DNA from: the human T2T-CHM13v2.0 reference genome, Homo sapiens
Reading direction: 5' to 3' (one strand)
Length of the DNA: 64,000 nucleotides
Assembly: GCF_009914755.1 (NCBI RefSeq)
Contig: NC_060927.1
The first letter of the stretch is position 1. Each line of letters opens with the position of its first letter. A program made the position numbers and the translations under genes. Under the pieces are notes generated by a model. It saw only the letters and a list, made by a program, of their open reading frames with translations. It had not been told where the DNA came from and searched no databases. Of this stretch, positions 27,301 to 39,910 are shown one piece after another.

Positions 27301-28107
27301 TAACAAGAATCACCTTTTCTCCACTTCCCAAAATTCCTCCTCTCCATCTGAGACCACCTCAGCCTGCACCTTATTGTTCATATCACTATAAGGCTTTTGG
27401 TCAAGGCCATTCAACAAGTCTCTAGAAAGTTCCAAACTTTCCCACATTTTCCTATCTTCTGAGCCCTCCAAACTGTTCCAGCTCCCACCTGTTACCAAGT
27501 TCCAAAGTCATTTCCACATTTTTGGGTATCTTTTTAGCAGTGCCCCACTCTACTGGTACCAATTTACTCTATTAGTCCATTGCTGCAGATAAAGACATAC
27601 CTGAGATGGGGCAATTTACAGAAGAAAGAGGTTTAATTGGACTTACAGTTCCACGTGGCTGGGGAAGCCTCACAATCATGGCAGAAGACAAGAAGAAGCA
27701 AATCACATCATACATGGATGGTAGCAAAAAAAGAGAGAGCTTGTGCAGGAAAACTCCCCCTTAAACTAACCATCAGATCTCATGAGACTTACTATCACAA
27801 GAACAGCATGGGAAGGACCTGCCCCCATGATTCACTTACCTCCCAAGTGGAAATTCAAGATAAGATTTGGGTGGGGACACAGCCAAACTGCATCACTTAC
27901 GAACACAAAGAAGAAAACAATAGACACTGGAGTCTACTTCAGAGTGGAGGGTGGGAAGAGGGAAATAAATATAAAAGAAAACTATTGCATACTAAGCCTA
28001 ACACCTGGGTGATGCAATCTGTACAACAAACGCCTGTGACACAAATTTACATATGTAACAAACCTTCACATGTGCCTCTGATACTAAAATAAAAGTAAAA
28101 AATAAAA
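24313..28107 (+). mobile_element. L1PA15/16-like ORF2 3' part and 3' UTR, split by the THE1B provirus
   Basis: L1 ORF2 C-terminal remnants ([25 protein letters not shown]); 3' UTR gaacacaaagaagaaaacaatagacactgg; A-rich end. Confidence 0.92.
25635..27895 (-). mobile_element. Full-length THE1B-like MaLR provirus (LTRs 25635-25988 and 27568-27895)
   Basis: Two THE1B-type LTRs flank a ~1.6 kb internal region; TSD cttat/cttac (25630-25634/27896-27900). Confidence 0.95.
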
Positions 28108-28119
28108 CCCGAGAAATAT

Positions 28120-28280
28120 ACATTAAGCACTTAACATATTCTAGGCACTGGACTAAGTATTTTTATGTAAGCTTAATGTTCACAGATTCCCCCTAAATTA
28201 GGTACTGTTTTAATCCCTTTAAATATATGAGACAACTGAGACTAGAAAAAGATTCAAAACCATGCCTGAATATGAAAACA
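28120..28280 (-). mobile_element. MIR
   Basis: attaagcacttaacatattctaggcactggactaag...atgagacaactgagact. Confidence 0.6.
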
Positions 28281-30158
28281 GTGATCTTTACATGTGTCTT
28301 GTTTTCTCATCCGTGATGATGACTTTCACTTGATTTACACATATTTCCTACTACTGAATTGAATCCGTGTACTCTGGATATATTTCTCAACCATTCTCCA
28401 TTGTAAATATTTCCCTTCAATGTAGCTCTTAGATTTAATCTATAACTGCATGGAGGCAGTTTACCACATTGCATGTAAACCCATATACACACGTAGTCCT
28501 ATCCCTTGAACATGAACTTGATAAGAAAGTATGACTAAATAAGAAAAAACAGTGTTTACTCATTTTCATGTTTTAGCACTTGCATTGCAGTAGCAACAAA
28601 AATAGAAAATGGTTTTTATTGTCACATTAATTAATTCCAATCTCTGCTTACCAAATGCATGACCTGCTTACTGAAAGGAAGATATTTCCTTAGCTGCAGT
28701 TGTTCCAGAATTTCCTTATAAGGAAATAAATAGAGAAAATATTGGTCTGTCCCACTCTCCCTCTGAGAAAAAAGAATATCTTTGCAGGTTGATTATACTT
28801 TTAATACAGAAAAGTTGGCTTTAAAATTGGTCATGTTCTATAAATAATGGTATCCAAAAGCCATCTCTATTCCAATTGAATCAAAAGTCCTCTAGAAATG
28901 GTCTTTCATAGGGAAATCTTTAGTAGAATGGTGAATGGAAAATAAATCTCTCTGGAATTATTTTATAAAGGCTGTAGTCTACAGATATTAATCTAATTTG
29001 GCTTCATTTATCTAATTTGGCTTCGTTTGTCCTTTTTATCTGAATTTTTCTTCTCATATGCATCTTTGTCAGATGACTTATGAAGGAGACAGTTAAAAAT
29101 TGATTTTCTAAACTTTTATCATGAATTTGTGTGCCAGAGGTAAATGAGTTTCTCAATTCTAGGTCCTACCTATATCCCCATTAAGAAAAGTTGCCTACAT
29201 TTCTTTAGTGGCCACTTTAGTATGACCAAAACTATGCTAGTTTGCTTATAATATATAATCGAATATGTTTAAGTAAACCTTTTGGAATTACCAAGATCAG
29301 AAGCTAGGCTGATCTTTACTGTCATTTCTCTGGACCATAGAATTTCCAGTTTGTGTAGAGTCGAATATTCTACAGAGACCATTGTTAAAGTGGTTGATCA
29401 GAAGTAAAGCAATTAAAAATACATTAGGCAATGACGATCCTATGTTGATCTCTAGTTAATCTTGTTTCTTTAAATTCATATGAAATAAAATCACTCAATT
29501 CGTTTAAGTAAAGAAAAAATATAATTAAAATATGTATAAACACCCTGACAAAGGTCTTGTAGGGCAGATATTCTTTTACACAGCTACAAATAGTACTTTA
29601 TGTTCCTAGGGATTATATAGAATGTGTAAGTTTTCTAAAATGTACTTTTTATGCATAAAGTATTTATAAAATAAAATAGTAATATTCCCAAAAATACTTA
29701 CAGAGAATTTCAATTTTTAAGGTATGTGGACTAAGGAAATAATCAGAGGTTATGTACCCCAATTATGTACATATTTATGTCTTCAATAGAGATCATGCTT
29801 TAGGAAACATAGTTTTATAAATCCATTTACCTTTGCATCAATTTCACTTAGATATCTTACAGATATGTCAAATTCATTATGTTCAAAATGACTTTTGAAA
29901 TTTCTCTTACAAATTTCTTCTCCAATACCATGTTTTAAAATACTTTTAACTTTTATTTGAGATTCCGGGAGTACATGTGCAGGTTTGTTACAAGGGTATA
30001 TTGTGTGACACTCAGTATATGTGCAGGTTGTATGATATGGGTGTCAGTGATCCCATTACCCAGGTAGTGACCATGGTGCCCAATAGGCAATTTTTCAGGC
30101 TTCACCCCTTCCCCGTCTCCCCATGTTTATTGTGGCTATTTTTATGTCAGTGAGTACC

Positions 30159-30511
30159 TGTATTAGTATATTCCCATGCTGTTAATAAAGACATACCCAG
30201 ACTGGGTAATTTACAAAGAAAGAGGTCTAATTGACTCACAGTTCAGCATGGCTGGGGAAACCTCAGGAAACTTGCAACTATGGTGAAAGGAGAAGCAAAC
30301 ACATCCTTCTTCATACGGTGGCAGGAGGGAGAATGAGAGCCAAGTGAAGTGGGAAGCCCCTTATAAAACCATCAGATCACTATCACGAGACCAGTATGGG
30401 GAAAATCACCCCCAGGATTTAAATTATCTCTACCTGGTCCTGCCCTTGACATGTGGGGATTATTACAATTCAAGATAAGATTTTGAGTGGAAACACAGAT
30501 AATCTGTATCA
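30159..30511 (-). mobile_element. THE1C-like solo LTR
   Basis: tgtattag...gaagcaaacacatccttcttca...tatca; perfect TSD GTACC (30154-30158/30512-30516). Confidence 0.93.
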
Positions 30512-32020
30512 GTACCCAGTGTTTAGCTTCCACTTATAAAAGGTAACATGTGGTATTTGGTTTTCTGATCTGGGGTTAATTTGCTTAGGATAATTGCCTC
30601 CAGATGCATCCATGTTGCTGCAAAGAACATGATCTAATTTTTTATAGCTGTGTAGTATTCCATGGTGCATATGTATCAGATTCTTTTTCCAGTGTACTGT
30701 GGATGGGTACCTAGGTTGACTCCATGTCCTTGCTATTGTGAATGGTGCTGCAGTGAACATATAAACCGCATGTGTCTTTTTGGTAAAACAATTCATTTGT
30801 TTTCCCTTAGGTATATATTCACTAATGGAATTGCTGGGTTGAATGGTAGTTCTGCTTCAAGTTTTTTGAGAAATTTCCAAACTGCTTTCCACAATGACTG
30901 AACTAATTTACATTTCCACCAAGAGTGTATAAGAGTTCCCTTTTCTTTACAGCCTTGCCAGCATCTGTTGATTTTTGACTTTTTAATAATATCCATCTGA
31001 CTGGTGTGAGATAATATCTCATTGTGGTTTTGATTTGCATCTCTCTGATGATTTGTGATACTGAACATTGTTTCATATGTTTGTTGGCCACTTGTATGGC
31101 CAACATACAAGTTTTCTTTTCATAAGTGCCTGTTCATCTTTTGCTGACTTTCTAATGGGGTTATTTATTTTTTGTTTGTTGAGTTATTTAAGTTCCCTAT
31201 AGATCCTGGATATTAGACCTTTGTTGGAGGTGTCATTTGTGAATATTATTTCCCATTCTGTAGTTTGTCTGTTTACTCTGTTGGTAGTTTATTTTGCTGT
31301 GCTGGAACTCTTTAGTTTAATTAGATTCCACTTGTCCATATTTGTTTTTGTTGCAATTGCTTTTGAGGACTTAGCCATAAAGCAAAGGCTAAGACTGTAA
31401 AAAATGGTATTTCCTAGGTTTTCTGCTAGGATTTTTATAGTCTGAGATCTTGCATTTAAATCTTTAAACCATTTTGAGTTAATTTTTGTGTGTAGTGAGA
31501 TAGGGGTCCTGTTTCTTTCTTCTGCCTATGACTAGCCAGTTATTCTAGCACTGTTTATTGAACAGGGAGTTCTTTCCCCATTACTTATTTTTGTCATCTT
31601 TGTCAAAGATCAGATAGTTTCAGGTGTGCAGCCTTATTTCAGGATTATTATTCTGTTTCATTGGTCTATGTGTCTGTTCTTGTACCAGTACCATGCTGTT
31701 TTAGTTACTGTAGCCTTGTAGTATAGTTTGAAGTTGAGAATGTCATACTTCTGACTTTGTTCTTTTTGCTTAGGCTCCTTTTCAGTACCATATAAATTTT
31801 AGATTAGTGTTTTCTAATTCTGCAAAAAATTGCATTGGTAGCATTGCATCTGTAGATTGCTTTGCACCACATGGCCATTTTAACCATATTAATTCTTCCA
31901 GCCCATGAGCATAAAATGTTTTTCCATTTGTTTGTGTCATCTATGTTTTCTTTAAGCAGTGTTTTGTAGTTTTTCTTGTAGAGATCTTTCACCTCATTGG
32001 CTAGCTGTATTTATAGGTAT

Positions 32021-32043
32021 TGTGTGTGTGTGTGTGTGTGTGT
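32021..32043. repeat. (TG)n microsatellite inside L1
   Basis: Seen directly. Confidence 0.95.
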
Positions 32044-32809
32044 CTATTTTAAATGGGATTGCATTTTTTTTTTTGATTTGGCATTGAGCTTGAGCATTAT
32101 TGGTGTATGGAAATTCTGCTGATTTTTGTAGCTTACTGTTTGGCACTCCATTTTTTCACATTCTCAGGATGGTAAACTGGAAAACTTCTTTTCACATCTC
32201 TCATCCTTATTCCCTTACATCTGACCCATGTACTATCATTTTTGCCTTCAAGTTATAAGGAGACTCTCTACTTACTTCCATTTCCACTGCCACTACCCCA
32301 GAGTAAACCACCATTCTTTCTCACCTGGGTTACTCAAAGAGCCTTCAAACTGATCACCTGGCATCTAATATAGTCCTCCTCTAAGTTATTTTCCCCTTAC
32401 AAGCAAGAGTAATCTTTTACAATTTCGAGTGTACCTTGCTATTTAAGTCCTTTAATGGTATCCCTTTGCGTTTAATGTGGAATAAAAAACTTAAAGAGGC
32501 TCATACAACCCTGCAGGAATAGGTATTTGCTGGCCTCTCCAACCTCATCTGATTCCAGTCTCTACTACTACCTCTTATAACATTTTAGCCACATTCATTT
32601 TCTTTTGGTTACTAAAAAGTTGGCTTCTACTCTAGAGACTTTGTACTTGCCATATTATCTCCTTGGGATTCTTTCTCCTCTCTCTTTTCCTATTAATTTC
32701 TTTTCTTTAATATATTTTAATTAATGCATATTTATTTGTAAAATTTAAATTTTATGTAAATTGTTTAGAACTTTTTAGAAGGATTTCTTGTTATTTTAGA
32801 ATCTCTAAT

Positions 32810-34210
32810 TTTTTCAGCTTTATGAAAGTTTAACTGAGATATAACTGTGAAAACTAAATGGTGTTCAGTTTAACTATGTGTGGCTTATTATTTCTCAATT
32901 ATACTTTCATGAAGCTGAAAAACTAGTGGATGTAAAATAACAAGATCTTATAATGAGCATATCCCTTATTTCCAAAAATCTTCTCGTGTCTCTCTTTAAT
33001 CCCTCCTTCTTTTTCCCTTGCTCTCATCATTCCTGTCCCCATGCAACCAATGACCTGACCTCTGTAATTATAAATTAGTTTAAATGTTTATTAATTTTCT
33101 ACATGGACCCTTAGAAATACACTTTTTGGGGAGGTTGGTTCTGGCTTCTATTTCTCAGCATAATTATTATATCCATGTTGCTGCAGGTATCAAGATATCA
33201 TTTCTATCTATTCCTGTGTAACATCCCATTGTATGGATACACCAAAATGTGCTTATTTGCTTACATATTAATAGACATATGGGTTGTTTCCAGTTTTGGG
33301 CTACTATAAATTACATACCTATGAGCATTTATTTACAAGTCTTTAAATAGATGTGTGCTTTCATTCCTCTTGGTGAAATATAGACTGTGGAATAGCTGAA
33401 CTCTGTGGTGTGTGTATGCTTATTGTTTTAAGAAAATGCCAAACTTTTTCAAAGTGATACCATTCTACTTTTCTACCACATTGTATAAGTGTTCTAGTTC
33501 CTCCACATCCTTTCCAAAACTTGGTACAATCTTTTAAATTTTGAATTTAGAGTGCAGTGACATCTTATTGTAGTTTTAATTTGGTCTTTCTAATGACTAA
33601 TAACGGTAATCATCATTTCATTTGCTTATTTGACATCTGTATGTCTCCTTATTGAAATAGCTGTTCAAATATTTTAAAAATTTAGTTTAATCTCTCATTA
33701 TTGTGTTATAAGAGTGTTGTGTATATCATAAATATTCTGAATGCAAGTGCTTTGTCAGATATATATTTTGCAAAAATTTGCTTCTTATCTATAGTTTGCT
33801 GTCTCATTTTTGTAAACAGTCTCTTTTCAATAGCAAAAGTTTTAACTTGAATGAAATTTAACTTAAAGATATTTTGTTTTCACTTTGAAATTGTAATGTC
33901 TCATTTAAAAAATGTTTGCCAAATCTAAACTCACTAAATTTTCTTTATGCTTTCTTCTAGACATTTTATAATTATAGCTCATACAGTTAAGTATAAAATA
34001 TATTTTGAAATATTTTTGTATATGTTATGAAATCAAGGATGATGCTAATATTTTTTTCACAAGGTTTTGTAATTTTTAGCACAGTAATTGAAAAAAATTC
34101 TCCATTGGATTGTCTGGAATCTTTGTCAAAAACTCATCATATATATGTAGGGCAGTTTCTAGACCTTTATTTTGTTTTATTTGTCTGTGTTTGTCAATGT
34201 CACATGGTAT
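32810..34210 (-). mobile_element. Ancient L1M (MB/MC/ME-type) 3' region
   Basis: tctggcttctatttctcagcataat...gggttgtttccagtttttgggcta...tgctttgtcagatatat. Confidence 0.75.
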
Positions 34211-34219
34211 ATTTTTTTC

Positions 34220-34880
34220 TGTGAAGAAACTTGGCAGATACTGTTTTAATAAAGTAATCAAATTTAATATTGTAAGCAATAAGGTTAACCAATATTATGT
34301 ACCTCCTGATAGACTATACTGAAGAGAACAAGATATCATTTAGTATTCCTGTTCAAAACACAAAAGCTAAATACAATTATGAGGAAATATATCCAACCAA
34401 AACTGGGAGTAGCATTCTACAAGATAACTGGCTTAAATAGGTCAAGAATATCAAAGCCATAAAATATAAATACAGACTAAATAGCTAGTAAAGTTTAAAT
34501 AATTAAAGGCTAGGGAGAAATGAATAAAATATATAAACTTGAATGGAATCCTTCAGCAGAATTTCTTCTTTTGCTATAATTGACATTATTGGGAGAGCTG
34601 GTAAAATTTTAATACAATCTAAATATTAAATAATTGTACTGTATCAATACTAACTTCTTCATTTTCATAATTATAATATGGCTACGTAATTCAATGTCCT
34701 TGTTGTTGGGAAACATATACACACACAACCACATTCACAGAAAGGCAGCAATAAGAAGACAAATGTAGTTAAATAGTAACAACCGAGAAAACTGGGTGAA
34801 GGGTAAACCAGAGTTCTTTGCAGTATTTTTGCAACTTTTCTGTATATCTGAAATTATTTCAATATAAAGTTACAGAAAAA
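34220..34880 (+). mobile_element. L1MC/MD-type 3' UTR fragment
   Basis: gaaacttggcagatactgttttaataaagtaatcaaa...cattctacaagataactggc...tttttgcaacttttctg. Confidence 0.7.
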
Positions 34881-35496
34881 TTTAATGATGTTAAAGAATA
34901 GAGAACTGCAAAAAAGTATATATTATATTTTTAAGTGAAAAAAGCAGGTTTTAAAACTATATATTAGTATATATTTACTTAAAATGCCACAAAGAAAAAT
35001 AATAACAATATTTAGATATAAAGGATGGAATTGTGTGTGATTATAACTTTTGTTCTTTATACATTTTAATATTATGTAAGTACTACAATAGATACGCATT
35101 ATTTTTATCATCTGAAAAATGATCAAACATATTTTATAAGTAATTACATAGTTTAAGGCCAAATATCTATCTCTTGAAAGTTAACACGCATTGTATTCTT
35201 TTTTCCTCTTCCTCTGATAATTAACATGTACTTGATTTCCACTGAAGACTTTTTGAACTCTTAAAATAACCTCCTTCTGTGACTATAGACTTAGGAATTG
35301 CAGCTTTCAATCCCTTATAACTGTAATTCTCTGAAAGCAAGAATGACTAATATTTAAGAGCAGATGACTGTGAGTTAAATGGACTTGATTATTCAAATTT
35401 ATTTACTAGCTGTGTGATCCAAGAGAAATTATCCTAATTATTCAGTTTCTTTATTTTTCAAATAGGGAAAATACTAGTAAGTATCTCATGATGTTC

Positions 35497-35895
35497 ATTA
35501 AAGGATGAATTGCACTCCTTTCAAAAAAAAATTTATATGCTAAAATCCTAAGCCCAAACACCTTAGACAGTGACTATGTTTGGAGACAAGGTTTCTACAC
35601 AGGTGGTTTGGTTGAAACGAGAGCATTAGGATGTGCCCTAATCCAGTATGTCTAGTGTCCTTATAAGAAGAAATTTAGACACCAAGGGAAGACAACGTGA
35701 AGAGACAGAGGAAGACAGCAATTTACAAGCCAAGGAAAGAGACCTGGAACAGATCCTTTCCTCATGGCCCTCAAAGGGAATCAACCTTGCTGACACCCTG
35801 ATTCTAGCCTCCAGAACTGTGAGCAAATAAATTGCTGTTGTTTAATTCATCTAGTCTGTAATACTTTGTTATGGCAGCCCTTGCAAACTAATATA
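35497..35895 (+). mobile_element. MLT1B-type MaLR solo LTR inserted in a MIR (~35345-35980)
   Basis: ccctaatccagtatgtctagtgtccttataagaag...ctccagaactgtgag...tttgttatggcagcccttgcaaactaatat. Confidence 0.88.
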
Positions 35896-38059
35896 GGGCT
35901 ATAGGGAGCATTAAATGAGACCACATGAGTAAATTCTTAGCAAGCGGTTGGTGCAAAAGAAACTCAATAAATTATTGTTCTTAAAATATGGAAGTTCACA
36001 TGATTAGCTACAGAATATTTCTGTATGGTAATCCTAAAATAAAATACAATTGCAAATTTCTCATTAATTCTTAAAACAAATCAGATGCTGCAACCTGAAA
36101 AATCTCTCTTAAAATAATAATTATAATCATATATTAAAAGTGACTTTAGAGTTCATCTAGTCTGGATTTTCTTGTTTCATTTTTCTTCTTTCAGAATACA
36201 GAATTTATATAATTTTTGTCCAGGTTGAAAGCAATTCAGAGGCAAAATTATGTTTGTAGTAGAGACTTCCAGACTTTCATTCAAAAATTATTTTAAAACA
36301 TAGCATGTTGCATATAGCTATGTTTGTTTCATCTGATAAAAGTGCTATTTTGTTGAGCAAAAGGTTTCTTTTTTCTTTTTCTCTACATTCTCTTCAAAAT
36401 AAATTTTTATTTTTCTATATTTGCATAAAATACATAAGTTAATTGCCCAAATGACTTGCATTACATTGGAAAACATTGTCTTTTGAATAGGAAGATTATG
36501 CCCAAGAAACATCTTTAGATTCTATGAAGCATTAGGGTGCTTCCTTTATAGCAGGCATAGTCACATTTATTGCCATGGAGCCTGTCCGAATCCTATTTTA
36601 AAAGCTGGGTCAAGCCAGATGGCCACGTTAGCGTAGCACTGAAGTGAAGGTTCATGAGTCCAGATAAACTCTGAGGCAGCCTGATGCCATACAACTCGGG
36701 GTAGGAGTGATATACTAAATTTGATTGAAAGACAAGCAAGGTCATATTTGGGAACAAACTACTGAGCACCAGATCTGAAAGCCAAGACTGAAAAACAAAA
36801 TGAACAACTGGTCTGGAAGTTGGGTGAATTAAAAACATAACAGAAAGTTTTCCTAAAATAAATTGAGAAGTGAGAAAAATAGAAATAGAAAAATATACAG
36901 TGATAAAGATGAAGAGATATAGTAACAAATATGTTAAGACATTATTCTGTGCAATGCCATGTCTGTGCGTCAGTCAGGAACAGGTGCTAAAAAAGAAGCA
37001 TGTAGGGTTGGAGGGAACCCTAATGTGTTCACTCTCCATATGGGATACATAAGTGAAGTTCTGGTCAAACTATTGATCTCCTCTATTCGTCCTTACTTTG
37101 CTATCCACTTCCAGCAATTTTGTTTATTCATATGATGACCAGTAAGGGCAAAGCAGAAAACAAATCAGAAATAGAAGAAAACAATCATTATTCAAATTGT
37201 ACAGTTGTTCCAGATCTACTTTGCTCAGCACGCCTCCTGTTTCTAAGGTTGGGACAACTTGACCTTTAGTTGCATGATCAAGTCCACTCCAATATCAAGA
37301 TTTAATTCTGAACATAGATAGGAAAGGTCTAAGAAACTTAATAATCACTCAATATTTTCAGGAATGTTGTTGGTCTAATCTCATCTCAATAACTGAGTCT
37401 GTGCCTTATTTCTCTGGTTAAGTCTTTCCTAATACCCAAGTCTTAAATCAGGATTGTGCTTTTGACATCTTAGTCCAGGCGTCTCTCTTGATTACTAACA
37501 CAGTACAGTGCCCCCAGGTTTGGAATCCTTTTGTCTTTGCCAGTCCTCCAGGAATGACAGCTTGTGCACAAAAGCCAGATGTATGACTCAGTCCTGTTTT
37601 CTTCCGCTACCCAAGGAATCCTGGCTCTCCTGGCTCTGCTCTGCTTGTCAGCCAGAGGCACCTGGCACTGCAGTTGGTGTTCCTTCTTATGCTAGATGGT
37701 GTCTTGAGTAACCTCTTACTCTACGATATGCTGTCTACATTAGGAAGACTGCTGTATAGGCCTTCCTAACATTATCTTAACAAGGCTAAGTGTCCCAACA
37801 TTAGCTCTGTATGGCATCATCTTCTCTGTCCCTAATTGGGCTCTCCTGCTTTGTCATCAATTCAGCTTTCAGACTGATGTTGTCCTCAAACTCCCTAAAA
37901 GTTTTGAACTTGGAAGTAGGGTACAAATATGCCAACACTCTAGCACTAGAAGAGTAGCCCCTCCTTACCTTCCCCTATAACTATGTAATATACCCAGAAA
38001 CTATCATGTGTTGTTCATTTACCATCAAGAAGGAAGAAACATTCTCAGTGGCTTAATAG

Positions 38060-38450
38060 AATAGGTTACGTATTAGGTTAGGCCATGGTAAGAAACACTT
38101 TCAAATCTCAGTGGTTTAAAACAAAAAAACAAACAAAGAAACAGTTATTTCTTGCTCATACCTTATAACCATATTGGGTTGGTAAGGGAGGATTCCCTCC
38201 TGTCATCACTCTAGGCCTCAGTCAGCCACTGTCTTGAACATTTGCAATTCTTATGACAGAGGAGAAGAGAAAATGTCCTATGCCTCACACAGGCCATTGA
38301 GTATTCATCCAGGAAGTGACACATACTTCTGTCCACAACACATTGACCAGAATTAGTTACTTGACCTCACCCAAGCCCAAAAAGATCTACCAAATGCTTA
38401 GAATGGGGAGAACTGGAAATTTTGTCAAAGAGCACTAGTAACTGTCACTG
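38060..38450 (-). mobile_element. MLT1J/K-type old MaLR LTR
   Basis: caaatctcagtggtttaaaac...ttatttcttgctcat...ggaagtgacacat...cattgaccagaattagt. Confidence 0.7.
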
Positions 38451-39519
38451 CAGCCAAGCTCACTGTTAGTACCAAGACCTGCCTTTTCCAAAATCAGGAA
38501 GCACAGGAAAAAAGAGACAAGAAGTAAAGAAAAATAAACCCTAGTGCCCAGAAAATGAAATAGAGCATTGAACTGCTGAAGTGGAGGTAGAGGCAGGAAA
38601 CAGGAGTTATAGAGATGAGAAGCATCATTACTGACAGAAAAGAGGTAAGACCAAAGATCAACAGTAGCCACTAGAACAGAGGAAAGTGTCCAGGGAAAGT
38701 GTTCAGAATGTGGCATTCTGAAAGTAGTGACAGGCCCAGCCCTCTATACTTCAATAATCTCCAAAGTTAGCATTTGTTTACACTTTACCAAAAGAGTTGT
38801 TATATTCATTTGACTCTGTTAATAGGACACATTAGCAGTTTCAGTGTCAAATATGAAAATTTGAAATATTAGTCTAATATGCTTACAAGGCTACATTCAT
38901 TTAAGAATAAGAGGGGAGAGCTCTTTGGAATGTAGATGCAATTTCCTTTCACATTAATGAAATGAAGAATGTTGCACGTGAAGTGACTTTTGCCACAGAG
39001 TAGAGATAGTGTTAGAAGGCAAGAGTTTCTACTTCCACTCTCCAGTGTTAATAAATCACTGGTTTCAAAGTCAACTTAGAACTTCCTGGCAGGGAAATCT
39101 TGAGGGGCCACAACTTGCACAGCATGCCTGTTGTTGTGGTGAGGTATAGTGATCTCTGACTGCTTATCTTTGAGAAATATTTCATGTAGAGGAATTCCAG
39201 CTGGGTTACTTTTTAACTTCTGAGATGACCCAGTCTTCAGTAACGCAATGGATTTCGTGAACATCATATGAGAAGCTTTCGCTTCTGATTTAAACTTAAA
39301 AAATAAGTAACTGATTATGGGATCTCTCCTGAAGATTTCAAACAGGAAATAGCTAATCACACCTTAGTAAGTTCCATATTTAAACACATACAAATAACAA
39401 TGATGTTATGGCTGGTTTGGGGACCTTCTGCAGCACTTGCACCCACAATCATTCATATCGCTCCTATCTCCAAGAATGGTTTGAAATAAGAACTATGACA
39501 AATGACATTTTTTAAATGT

Positions 39520-39910
39520 TAAAATAATGGATGAAGGCCAAGGAAGCCCTTAAGTAATGTATGACAACATCTTCAAAATGTATGTTTGAAGTGAAAAACA
39601 AAGCAAGGCACAGTGCAGAGTGAGTGTGCTACTCTGCTGGAGAAAAAAAAAATAAAAGCTAATATGTATTGCTACTTAACTTGTTCATGTATAAAAATGT
39701 TTGGAAGGATATAAAAATGTAATAACAGTGTTTATTTGTGGATGAGGGGATGTTGTGGGGAGTGCTATGGAATGGGAACTGGGAGGATAGGAGGATAGGG
39801 AAAGGGATTAGAAGGAGAAAAAATTTTGCCAGCAACACACACACACAGACACACACACATCCCCACAATTTTTGTCTTGTACATGTCTTATTCAAAAATT
39901 TTAAAGAGTA
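39520..39910 (+). mobile_element. L1ME-type 3' fragment with a short (CA)n
   Basis: gaagtgaaaaacaaagcaagg...tggaaggatata...taacagtgtttatt. Confidence 0.5.

Larger units (their letters stand above)
29933..32130 (-). mobile_element. L1PA16-like, 5'-truncated, split by a THE1C LTR
   Basis: Antisense 3' UTR gtacatgtgcaggtttgttacaagggtatattgtgtga; ORF2 remnants ([28 protein letters not shown]). Confidence 0.92.
29840..32700 (+). mobile_element. L2 remnant split by L1PA16 (parts ~29840-29925 and ~32135-32700)
   Basis: ttcacttagatatcttacagatatgtcaaattc...; ttccactgccactacccca...ttctcacctgggttac. Confidence 0.55.

Noticed and set aside
27637-28092. Longest ORF (151 aa)
   Set aside because: Chance read-through from antisense THE1B LTR into L1 3' UTR with a TTG start
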